Origin: Candidatus Limnocylindria bacterium
Lineage (GTDB): Bacteria; Chloroflexota; Limnocylindria; P2-11E
Reading direction: 5' to 3'
Assembly (NCBI GenBank): GCA_036389995.1
Contig: DASWCR010000228.1
Coordinates: 1 to 39,422 of the forward strand
Length of the DNA: 39,422 nucleotides
Shown here: piece after piece, positions 15,717-23,554 of the stretch
Layout: every line of letters begins with the position of its first letter
How positions within the stretch are numbered: position 1 is the first letter of the stretch
Notes under the pieces: generated by a model
The model's input: the letters and a program-made list of their open reading frames with translations, nothing else
Databases searched by the model: none
Told to the model about the DNA's origin: nothing
Position numbers and translations under genes: made by a program

Positions 15717-17861
15717 TCAGTTCGTGATCGTGAGTGCCGTGCTCTCGCACCGCGAGGAGCCGGACACGAAGCTGTCGCTCGACGTGAAGACGACCTCCCA
15801 CGAGACGGTGCTGGTCGTCGTGACCGAGACGGCCCCCGGCCCTGTGTTCGTGGTGGATCTCATCACAGGCGAGGCCGCGCCAGAGAATGTGAAGGTCTCC
15901 GCAGCGCGGAGGACCGTGCCCGTGCAGTTGCCACCATCGTGCAGCGTGAACGACAACGATCCGCTCAAGGGTGCGGCTGAGGTGACGGTCGCGGAGTCGT
16001 TGGGTAGCCACGTCTGCGCCGAAGATGTGGACGAGGTGGTCGACACGGTGAAGCACTCGTTCAATCCGCTGTCGCTCGAGGGCAGGTAGTGGTTGTCACC
16101 GCTGTATTCGCCGCGGAAGCAGTAGCGTCCGACGGCGGTCGGGGTGACCGCGCCTGAGGTCGCGCTTGCGCTCGGTGGCGGACCATTGGTGCCGGCGTCG
16201 AGTGCGACCGGGTTGCCGGTGACCGCCGTGCCTCCGGTGTCGCAGGTGCCCGTCGCGATCGGTCCGCAGATGAAGAAGTTGACGGTTCCCGTCGGGATGC
16301 CGCCGACGGCGGATCCGGTGACGACCGCCTTGTCGTAGATCGACTCACCGAGCTGGATCGCGTTCTTGGGGGTCCCGCTCCCGTCCACCGGGGTCGTGAT
16401 CGTGTTTGACGGGATCCTCGCGACGGTGAAGCACTCGTTCGTGCCGTCGGCGCCGCCGTATTCCTTGAGCGCCGTCGTGTAGTTCGCGTCTCCCGGCCAT
16501 TCGGCGCGGAAGCAGTAGCGTCCCGGGGTGAGGCCAGCCCCCGTGTTCACGTCGGGGGAGTCGGCGCTCGCCGTGGCGCCCGAGCCGCTCAGGGTGCCGG
16601 TCCCGATGTTGGTGCCGACGTTGGTCGTGCCGTCGCAGGCGCCCGTCGCGATAGGACCGCAGAGGAAGAACGTCACGGTCCCGCTGGGCGTCTTCGAAGG
16701 CTGGTTGCCGACGACGGTCGCCGTGTCGTGGACGCCGGTACCGGGCGTGACCGGGCCCGCGTTCGACACCTGGGTCGACATCGTCGCGACGCAGTTGCCG
16801 AAGTTGCCGAGGACGAAGTCCTTCAGCGTCGCCGTCGTCGAGGTCGAGGAGCGCGTCTCGGCGAGGAAGCTAGCGAAACATTCGCTCGCGATATTGGGAA
16901 GCAGGGACAGGTTGATCCCAGCTTCGAGGAACTCACCCTGGTCGTACGCGGTGTTGCCGCGCTTGTCCAGATAGGGCCACGGGGCCGCAACCCCGTTCAC
17001 CGGGTTGACGAGCCCGCAGAAGGGGTCACCCGGTATCGCGGCCGTCACGCAGTTCGCGGCATCCGAAGTCTCCTGCAGATGCAGGTTCGCGTCAGCGCAG
17101 TACCCGGCCGGTTTGTTGGCGGCGGTGCATGTGCTGTCCCACGTGAGGATCGTGATCGTCGAGACCGTGCCGCCATTGCTGAAATCGCTGATGACCAGAA
17201 CGTCGCCATCCATGTGGACGCCGTTGAAGCCGGTAGCGCCACCGACCTTGTTGGTGCCAAGGGTGACCCGGTTCTGGAAGAACCAGAATCCCTGCTGGGC
17301 GTCGCCGCTGTTGTCGAACCGGTCCGAGCCGAAATAGACGAGCTCGCAAGTCGGAGTCCCACCTCCCGGACAGGTGGCGCTGGAGGGTTCCGAGTACCGA
17401 ACGGCGAAGCCGTGCTCGAGATTGTCCTTATCAGGCAACCCGCCGGCCCCGTCCTTCCAGGCCCACTGGTTGATATCGATCGGGTCCTTGGACCCGCCGC
17501 CGGTGAAGATGCTGCTGTTCGGGTTCGCCTCGGCGGTCCACGAGACCGCCGTCGCGCCCGACGTGGGCGACGCGATGCTGCAACGTGCTTGGGCCTGAGC
17601 CGGGGTCAGACCGTCTCCGCCCTGGCTTACGGGCGTTACGCCGACCTGGTAACAGACCTTGTCCCAGTCGTCGCTCGCCGCTGGTGTTCCGGCCGTGTTG
17701 GTACCCGTGGCGGCGTCGCCGTCGAGTTGGAAGATGCCGGTGTCGTGCACGGCCTGCGCGGCGTATGGGACCAGTAGCGTGAAAACCATTGCTGCGACGA
17801 GGGGCAGCACCAGAGAACGGCGTAAGAGCCGGATCCCGGTCGCCCCATTGACTCGCGTCAT
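15717..17861 (-). CDS. large secreted Cys-rich protein: unknown ~400-aa N-terminal domain plus two tandem Ig-like repeats and a third beta-rich C-terminal domain
   Basis: Track ORF 15717..18002. Start moved to ATG (complement 17859-17861), which has GGAGGG 7 nt upstream and gives the signal peptide MTRVNGATGIRLLRRSLVLPLVAAMVFTLLVPYAAQA. Tandem repeats: PSGTVTFFLCGPIATGACDG...GRYCFRAEWPGDANY...ECFTVA and PTGTVNFFICGPIATGTCDT...GRYCFRGEYSGDNHY...ECFTVS (bacterial Ig-like G-x-Y-x-x-x-A-x-Y-x-GD-x-N-Y style). No LPXTG or other recognisable anchor at the C-terminus. Confidence 0.8.
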   Translation of the reverse strand: MTRVNGATGIRLLRRSLVLPLVAAMVFTLLVPYAAQAVHDTGIFQLDGDAATGTNTAGTPAASDDWDKVCYQVGVTPVSQGGDGLTPAQAQARCSIASPTSGATAVSWTAEANPNSSIFTGGGSKDPIDINQWAWKDGAGGLPDKDNLEHGFAVRYSEPSSATCPGGGTPTCELVYFGSDRFDNSGDAQQGFWFFQNRVTLGTNKVGGATGFNGVHMDGDVLVISDFSNGGTVSTITILTWDSTCTAANKPAGYCADANLHLQETSDAANCVTAAIPGDPFCGLVNPVNGVAAPWPYLDKRGNTAYDQGEFLEAGINLSLLPNIASECFASFLAETRSSTSTTATLKDFVLGNFGNCVATMSTQVSNAGPVTPGTGVHDTATVVGNQPSKTPSGTVTFFLCGPIATGACDGTTNVGTNIGTGTLSGSGATASADSPDVNTGAGLTPGRYCFRAEWPGDANYTTALKEYGGADGTNECFTVARIPSNTITTPVDGSGTPKNAIQLGESIYDKAVVTGSAVGGIPTGTVNFFICGPIATGTCDTGGTAVTGNPVALDAGTNGPPPSASATSGAVTPTAVGRYCFRGEYSGDNHYLPSSDSGLNECFTVSTTSSTSSAQTWLPNDSATVTSAAPLSGSLSFTLHDGGNCTGTVLRAAETFTFSGAASPVMRSTTNTGPGAVSVTTTSTVSWEVVFTSSDSFVSGSSRCESTALTITN

Positions 17862-18052
17862 AGAAACCCTCCATTTGTCTTTCGCGGGTCTTCCCGGTCG
17901 CAGGGCGACTGGCGGCAGCGCCGAGCCCACCCCCCTTGGGCACGTTCGCGCTGCCATGGGGCGTCCCACCTCTTGCGTCCCGGCGTGGGAATGGAGCAAC
18001 AACGGACCGGGGGCAGTAAATGACCAAGAACCGGACCACCGCCGTGGCCCGG

Positions 18053-18076
18053 GTCGTACTCAGTTCTAAGTACGAC
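18053..18076. promoter_or_regulatory. inverted repeat GTCGTACT-N8-AGTACGAC in the divergent exoprotein/LuxR promoter region (candidate operator)
   Basis: Perfect 8-bp arms (18053-18060 / 18069-18076), located between divergent starts at 17861 (-) and 18187 (+). The role is inferred. Confidence 0.3.
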
Positions 18077-18186
18077 GCTCGGGTAAACGAACCGAAAGGC
18101 GCAGGCAGCGGGCGTGCATTTGCACCTCGATTCTGCGGGCGCTAAATTGCCTCGGGGCGCGCGCAGGTGGGGGGCACGGAACAACG

Positions 18187-18795
18187 ATGGCGCTCGAGAG
18201 ACGAGAGACGATCCTCGTTTGGGATGAGAGCGGAAAAGTCTTCGACGCGCTTCGCCGCGCGGCCGTGGGTGCGTCGCTGTGGCGCGTGTCCGACAAGCCG
18301 AAAAACGGCGACCTCGAACAGGTGGATCTGGCCGTTGCCGCGCTCTATCGCTCGTCGGATTGGAAAAAGATCGCCACGGTCGTGCGTCAGACTCGCACGG
18401 TCATCGTCAGCACGACGTCGGACCGTCGTGACGCAGCGCGCGCTCTGGCCTCGGGCGCTTTCGGCTACCTCGACCTCGGCGTGTCGTCGCGCGCGATGCG
18501 GCGCGCGCTTGTCGGCGCGTTGCGCGGCGAGCCTGCCTACTCGCGTGCCGTCCTAGGCGACCGGATCCGTATCGAGCTCAGGACTGCCGCGTCTCGCGGG
18601 GCGCGGACGCTCGAGCTCACGCCGCGCCAACGTGAGGTCGTCGCGCTCATCGCCACCGGCGCGTCCGACAAAGAAATCGGGACGGCCCTGGGCATCGCGA
18701 CGGCGACCGCGCAGAAGCATGTCACGCATCTTCTAAAGCGCCTCGACGTTCCCAACCGCGCCGCCGCCGTGGCGGCGACGCTGATCTCGACTTAG
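18187..18795 (+). CDS. LuxR/FixJ-family transcriptional regulator with an atypical (probably non-phosphorylatable) receiver-like N-terminal domain
   Basis: 202 aa. C-terminal HTH: LTPRQREVVALIATGASDKEIGTALGIATATAQKHVTHLLKRLDVPNRAAAVA. The N-terminal half has a receiver-like layout (ILVWDESG..., VIVSTTSD..ALASGAFGYLDLG), but the conserved Lys after GYL is Asp. No kinase gene is nearby. Confidence 0.8.
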   Translation: MALERRETILVWDESGKVFDALRRAAVGASLWRVSDKPKNGDLEQVDLAVAALYRSSDWKKIATVVRQTRTVIVSTTSDRRDAARALASGAFGYLDLGVSSRAMRRALVGALRGEPAYSRAVLGDRIRIELRTAASRGARTLELTPRQREVVALIATGASDKEIGTALGIATATAQKHVTHLLKRLDVPNRAAAVAATLIST

Positions 18796-19190
18796 ACGGC
18801 GCGGCGAAGGGGCCGCATCGAGGGGCGGCCGAGCACGCCATCACAAGCCCGGCGGAGCTCGTCCCAGAGCTCTCCGGACACCTCTTTCCGAGCGAGCATG
18901 TGCTGCCCTGGCTCGACCGTCTCGTCGCCGGTGGCAGGGAAGTCAGCTTTCGCCGGGTTGTGGAGGTCGAGGTACCACCCCCCGCGCGCGAGGCGTGTCC
19001 CTTCCGGGACGAGGGGCATCGCAGCGAGATCGGCATCGGAGAATGAAAGAAGGACGCGGTGGTCCGCCCGGACCTCCCTCGCGGTGCGCCGCTCGACGCC
19101 CGGAGGGGAGCTCATCGGGTCATCCGACATCAGGACTTCCCACCGCCGGGACGTCCCTCGGGGCACTCGCGCTTCGTCGTACTTTGCCAT
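18792..19190 (-). CDS. hypothetical protein (132 aa)
   Basis: ATG start, GC3-rich, no TM or signal. Convergent with the LuxR gene and overlapping it by 4 nt. No family recognised. Confidence 0.45.
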   Translation of the reverse strand: MAKYDEARVPRGTSRRWEVLMSDDPMSSPPGVERRTAREVRADHRVLLSFSDADLAAMPLVPEGTRLARGGWYLDLHNPAKADFPATGDETVEPGQHMLARKEVSGELWDELRRACDGVLGRPSMRPLRRAV

Positions 19191-19264
19191 GTGCCCGTAT
19201 TACTCCGCACAGTCCGTGCCGGACTTGAGAGGGACCTAAGAAAGCGAGGCCGATCGACTCGCCT

Positions 19265-19408
19265 GACGGGCTGCGGGTCCTGTCCCGGGGTCGGGGTCGC
19301 GCGCTCGCCTACCGGTCCGCTTCCCACCACTTGGACCCGCACATGGCTGACGCGGCCCGGTCAGCGGCTCGCGCGCAACCCGCTCCCCCGTGCCACCCGC
19401 AGCCCGTC
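19265..19408 (+). repeat. copy 1 of a ~140-nt long-imperfect-hairpin element (possible ncRNA or MITE/REP-like unit)
   Basis: 14-bp perfect basal stem GACGGGCTGCGGGT (19265-19278) / ACCCGCAGCCCGTC (19395-19408). The inner arms are nearly identical to the reverse complement of 39100-39240 (e.g. CCTGTCCCGGGGTCGGGG.CGCGCGCTCGCCTACCGGTCCGC and CGGCTCGCGCGCAACCCGCTCCCCCGTGCCACCCGC). The ~30-nt apex differs. Confidence 0.7.
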
Positions 19409-19515
19409 GATTCGCGACCCTTAGAATTGATTCAGATCGAGCACGAAGCTCGGTACTTCACACGTCTGCCGATCCCCCTCGTTGGTATGGCAGGCGGAGG
19501 AATAAGGGGATCACC

Positions 19516-20421
19516 TTGGCAGTCGTCACGATGAAGCAGCTTCTCGAGTCCGGCGTGCACTTCGGGCACCAGGCGCGCCGCTGGAACCCAAAGATGAAGC
19601 GCTTCATCTTCATGGAACGCAACGGCATTCACATCATCGACCTGCAGCAGACCCTCTCGCGCGTCGAGGAGGCCTACATCTTCATGCGCGACCTGGCCGC
19701 CGACGGCGGGCAGGTCCTTTTCGTCGGAACGAAGAAGCAGGCGCAGGAGTCGATCTCAGAGGAAGCCAAGCGAGCCGGGATGCATTTCGTGAACCAACGG
19801 TGGCTCGGCGGATTCCTCACGAACTTCGTCACGATCCAAAAGCGCATCCAGCGGCTCAACGATCTGATGGAGCGCAAGGAGCGCGGGGACTTTGCGACGA
19901 TGCCAAAGAAGGACGCGCAGCGCCTTGACGATGAGCTCACGCACCTGGACCGCTACTTCTCCGGCGTGCGCGAGCTGCGCCGGCCGCCGACAGCCATCTT
20001 CGTCGTCGATCCGCACCGCGAGCACATCGCGGTCGAGGAAGCGCGACGGCTCGAGATCCCGATCATCGCGATGGTCGACACGAACTGCGACCCGGACCTG
20101 ATCGACGTGATCATTCCGGCGAACGACGACGCGATCCGTGCCGTGAAGCTCATCTGCCAGAAGATGGCCGACGCGATCCTCGAAGGCCGCCAGCAGTTCG
20201 ACGCGGCGCGCAAAGAAGCGACGCCCGAGGACATGGGCTACGCGCCGTCCACGACGGCGGAGCAATACGAAGGTGGCCTCGGCGTGCCGCGGGCGAAGCG
20301 CACCCCGCGGGTGTACGAGCCAGAGGAGGACGAGGAGTATCCGATCGGCGGACAGCGCTACGAGGAGCCCGCCGAAGACGCCTCAACCGAGGCCGCTGTG
20401 GACAAGAAAGAGGACGAGTGA
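19516..20421 (+). CDS. rpsB: 30S ribosomal protein S2
   Basis: Start set to TTG 19516, giving (M)[46 protein letters not shown], the canonical S2 N-terminus. The upstream part of track ORF 19390.. is non-coding. Acidic C-terminal tail. Confidence 0.95.
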   Translation: MAVVTMKQLLESGVHFGHQARRWNPKMKRFIFMERNGIHIIDLQQTLSRVEEAYIFMRDLAADGGQVLFVGTKKQAQESISEEAKRAGMHFVNQRWLGGFLTNFVTIQKRIQRLNDLMERKERGDFATMPKKDAQRLDDELTHLDRYFSGVRELRRPPTAIFVVDPHREHIAVEEARRLEIPIIAMVDTNCDPDLIDVIIPANDDAIRAVKLICQKMADAILEGRQQFDAARKEATPEDMGYAPSTTAEQYEGGLGVPRAKRTPRVYEPEEDEEYPIGGQRYEEPAEDASTEAAVDKKEDE

Positions 20422-20897
20422 TGGCGAACGTAAAAGACCACGTCAAACGCCTGCGCGAGGAAACGGGCGCGGGCGTGATGGACTGCAAGAGAGCGCTGGA
20501 CGAAGCCAAAGGCGACTTCGAAAAAGCCAAGGCGCTCATCAAGGAGCGTGGGCTCGCCAGGGCAAAGGAGAAGTCGGACCGCGAGGCAAACGAAGGCGTC
20601 GTGGAGGCCTACGTCCACGCGGGCGGTCGAATCGGCGCGATGGTCGAGCTTTCGAGCGAGACCGACTTCGTGGCGCGCAATGCCGATTTCCGGGAGCTCG
20701 CGAAGGAGATCGCGATGCAGGTCGCCGCGATGGACCCCACTGACATCGGTCAGCTCCTGGAGCAGCCCTACATCCGAGATGCCTCGAAGACGATCGGCGA
20801 GCTCGTCACGGGCGTCGCCGCCAGGACCGGCGAGAACGTCCGCGTGAAGAGGTTCAAGCGGTTCGAGCTGGGCCAATCCAACGGCGAACCGACCTAG
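20421..20897 (+). CDS. tsf: translation elongation factor Ts (short form, ~158 aa)
   Basis: [44 protein letters not shown] (UBA-like N-domain) and SETDFVARNADFRELAKEIAMQVAA (core TDFVA-x-N motif). TGATG overlap with rpsB. Confidence 0.9.
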   Translation: MANVKDHVKRLREETGAGVMDCKRALDEAKGDFEKAKALIKERGLARAKEKSDREANEGVVEAYVHAGGRIGAMVELSSETDFVARNADFRELAKEIAMQVAAMDPTDIGQLLEQPYIRDASKTIGELVTGVAARTGENVRVKRFKRFELGQSNGEPT

Positions 20898-20907
20898 ACT
20901 GCCCCCG

Positions 20908-21639
20908 ATGGCCGAAGAGACGAAGGCCAAGTACGGCCGGGTGGTGCTCAAGCTCTCGGGCGAAGCGCTCCTCGGAGACCGCGAATTCGGTATCTCCCCG
21001 GAGTACACGAAGTACCTCGCCGAGGAGATCCGCAAGGTGCGCGATCTCGGCGTTCAGGTGGCCGTGGTCATTGGCGGCGGCAACATCATCCGCGGCGCGA
21101 CGGTCGCGGAGCACGGCATCGAAGAGGCGACAGGCCATTACATGGGCATGCTCGCGATGGTCATCAATGCGCTCGCGCTGCAGTCGCAGCTCGAATCGAT
21201 CGGCGTGCCGGTGCGGGTCCAGTCCGCGATCACGATCGCCGAGGTCGCCGAGCCGTACATCAGGCGGCGCGCGATTCATCAACTGGAGAAAGGTTCCGTG
21301 GTGATCTTCGCCGCGGGCACCGGAAACCCGTTCTTCACCAGTGACACGGCGGCGGCGCTGCGCGCGGCGGAGATCAACGCCGACGCGATCCTCATGGGCA
21401 AGAACGCGGTCGACGGGGTCTACGACGCGGACCCGCGCGTGGTTCGCGGAGCGAAGAAGTACGACAACATCACGTATCGCGACCTGCTCGCAAAGCAGCT
21501 CGGCGTCATGGACGCGACAGCAGCGGCCCTCGCCGAAGAGCGCGGGATCCCGATCATCGTGTTCGACATCTCGCAGCCCGACGCGATGGTGCGCGCCGCA
21601 CGAGGCGAGCACATCGGCACGCTCGTACACGCCAAATAA
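20908..21639 (+). CDS. pyrH: UMP kinase
   Basis: 243 aa. YGRVVLKLSGEAL, VAVVIGGGNIIRG, FAAGTGNPFFTSDTAAALRAAEI. Confidence 0.95.
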   Translation: MAEETKAKYGRVVLKLSGEALLGDREFGISPEYTKYLAEEIRKVRDLGVQVAVVIGGGNIIRGATVAEHGIEEATGHYMGMLAMVINALALQSQLESIGVPVRVQSAITIAEVAEPYIRRRAIHQLEKGSVVIFAAGTGNPFFTSDTAAALRAAEINADAILMGKNAVDGVYDADPRVVRGAKKYDNITYRDLLAKQLGVMDATAAALAEERGIPIIVFDISQPDAMVRAARGEHIGTLVHAK

Positions 21640-22199
21640 TGGCGCTCGAGGACATCCTCCCTCAGGTGGAGGCGAGGATGCGCAAGGCGATCGACGCGCT
21701 GAAGCATGAGCTCGCGAGCGTCCGCACGGGTCGTGCCGCCCCGAGCCTTGTGGAGGAGCTCGAGGTCGACGCATACGGAGCGGCGACGCCACTCGTATCG
21801 CTCGCCGCGATCAGCGCTCCGGAGCCACGCCAGATCGTCATCCAGCCCTGGGACCGGAACCTCATCAAGGCGATCGAGAAGGCGATCCTCGCCTCGGACC
21901 TCGGACTCACGCCGGGCAACGACGGCGCCGTCATCCGCCTGAACATCCCCGCGCTCAACGAAGAACGCCGGCGCGAGCTTGTGAAGCAGCTCCATAAAAA
22001 GGTCGAGGAAGGCCGGGTCGAGATCCGCACGCTGCGGCGCCACGCGCATGACGAGCTCAAGTCGAAGGAGAAGAGCTCCGGCGTGACTACCGACGAGGTA
22101 AAGCGTGTGGAGGCGCAGCTCCAGAAGCTGACCGACCGGTACATCCTCACCGCCGACGAGATCGGACAAGCGAAGGAGAAGGAGATCCTCTCCGTTTGA
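21639..22199 (+). CDS. frr: ribosome recycling factor
   Basis: 186 aa. ELASVRTGRAAPSLVEELEVDAYG, IQPWDRNLIKAIEKAILASDLGLTPGNDG, PALNEERRRELVKQ. Confidence 0.95.
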   Translation: MALEDILPQVEARMRKAIDALKHELASVRTGRAAPSLVEELEVDAYGAATPLVSLAAISAPEPRQIVIQPWDRNLIKAIEKAILASDLGLTPGNDGAVIRLNIPALNEERRRELVKQLHKKVEEGRVEIRTLRRHAHDELKSKEKSSGVTTDEVKRVEAQLQKLTDRYILTADEIGQAKEKEILSV

Positions 22200-22915
22200 G
22201 CGATCGAGGGGGCGCTGCCCCCTCGTACCCCCGAGCTGTCCCACGACATTTGGCGATCGTGATGGACGGCAATCGGCGGTGGGCGCGAAAGAAACATCTG
22301 CCGGTGATCGCCGGCCACCGCGCCGGCGTCGAGACCATCCGTCGCACCCTCCGCGCGGCGCGCGAACGTGGCGTCGAGTACCTCACGCTGTACAGCTTCT
22401 CGACCGAGAACTGGTCGCGCGACGAGGAAGAGGTCGGCGCGCTCATGGCCCTACTCGAGGAGACGATCCGCCGCGAGACGAAGACGCTCGTCGAGGACGG
22501 CGTACGCCTCATGGTGATCGGTCGGTTGCACCAGCTCTCGGACCGCTTGCAACGCGCGATCGCCGGCGCTGGGAAGGAGACGTCATCCGGGACCCGCGGC
22601 GTGATGACGCTCGCATTCAACTACGGCGGGCGCGCGGAGATCGTGGATGCGGTGCGGCAGCTCGTCGCCGATGGTGTGCCGGCTGAACAGATCGACGAGG
22701 CCGCGATCGCGCGCCGGCTCTATGCGCCGGAGCATCCCGACCCGGATCTGCTGATCCGGACCGGTGGCGAGCTTCGCGTCTCGAACTTCCTCCTGTGGGA
22801 GGTCGCGTATGCCGAGATGTGGGCGACGCAGGTGTTGTGGCCGGACTTTTCCGTGGCCGATCTCGACACCGCGCTGGCTTCGTACGCTGAGCGCGAGCGG
22901 CGTTTCGGCCGTTAG
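22196..22915 (+). CDS. uppS: isoprenyl transferase (undecaprenyl/decaprenyl diphosphate synthase family)
   Basis: 239 aa. PRHLAIVMDGNRRWARKK, LTLYSFSTENWSRDEEEV, IRTGGELRVSNFLLWEVAYAEMW. Confidence 0.95.
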   Translation: MSDRGGAAPSYPRAVPRHLAIVMDGNRRWARKKHLPVIAGHRAGVETIRRTLRAARERGVEYLTLYSFSTENWSRDEEEVGALMALLEETIRRETKTLVEDGVRLMVIGRLHQLSDRLQRAIAGAGKETSSGTRGVMTLAFNYGGRAEIVDAVRQLVADGVPAEQIDEAAIARRLYAPEHPDPDLLIRTGGELRVSNFLLWEVAYAEMWATQVLWPDFSVADLDTALASYAERERRFGR

Positions 22916-23550
22916 TGCGCGACCTTCGACGCCGCACGATCACCGCGATCGTCTATGCGGCGGTCGTCCTGGTCGCGGCGTTCGCGCCACCGGTCGTCTT
23001 TCAGGCGGCCCTCGCGATCACCGCTGCTCTGGCGCTGAGCGAGGTCGTAGCCCTCCGCCGGGCGGGCGTCTCGGCGGTCATCGAGGCCGCGCTCGTGATC
23101 GTCGGAAGCGTGTCGCTCTATTTCCTGCGCACTCTCTCAGGGCCCGATCCCTCGCTGCCGCTGCTCATGACGATCTTTGCCGTCTGGGCGGCCGACGTCG
23201 CCGCATACGCGGTTGGCTCATCCCTAGGTAGACGGAGGATCGCGCCCGCGATCAGCCCGGGGAAGACGTGGGAAGGGACGATCGCGGGCTTTCTTGCAGC
23301 GGCGCTCGTCGTCTTGGTGGTCGTCGCCCCCGGCGGCTTCCATGTCTGGAGCATTCTGAGCGCATTGACGATCGGCCCGGTCGCCCTGGTGGGCGATCTG
23401 CTCGAAAGCTGGCTCAAACGGCGAGCTGGAGTGAAAGACTCGGGAACGCTCTTGCCCGGACACGGTGGGGTGCTGGACCGTATCGATTCGCTGCTCGCCG
23501 CGGCGCCAGTTGTAGCGATGCTCATCGTGCTCACGGGTCGGATGGGATGA
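22915..23550 (+). CDS. cdsA: phosphatidate cytidylyltransferase (short CdsA)
   Basis: 211 aa polytopic. SPGKTWEGTIAG and KRRAGVKDSGTLLPGHGGVLDRIDS are the CTP-transferase signature. Confidence 0.85.
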   Translation: MRDLRRRTITAIVYAAVVLVAAFAPPVVFQAALAITAALALSEVVALRRAGVSAVIEAALVIVGSVSLYFLRTLSGPDPSLPLLMTIFAVWAADVAAYAVGSSLGRRRIAPAISPGKTWEGTIAGFLAAALVVLVVVAPGGFHVWSILSALTIGPVALVGDLLESWLKRRAGVKDSGTLLPGHGGVLDRIDSLLAAAPVVAMLIVLTGRMG

Positions 23551-23554
23551 TGGT

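Noticed and set aside
17862-18002. 47-codon N-terminal extension of the exoprotein ORF
   Set aside because: The internal ATG at 17861 has a GGAGGG RBS and yields a canonical signal peptide. The extension has no RBS and would bury the signal peptide.
19265-19408. Interpretation of copy 1 of the hairpin element as an rpsB (S2) autoregulatory leader or riboswitch
   Set aside because: An almost identical element occurs at 39100-39240 in the opposite orientation, downstream of an unrelated gene, which does not fit a gene-specific cis-leader. No known riboswitch consensus was recognised.
20854-21792. 312-aa ORF antisense to pyrH/frr, and similar antisense ORFs at 21420-22318, 23531-24379, 35611-36441 and 37509-38330
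   Set aside because: All overlap strongly supported housekeeping CDSs on the other strand and have junk-like composition.
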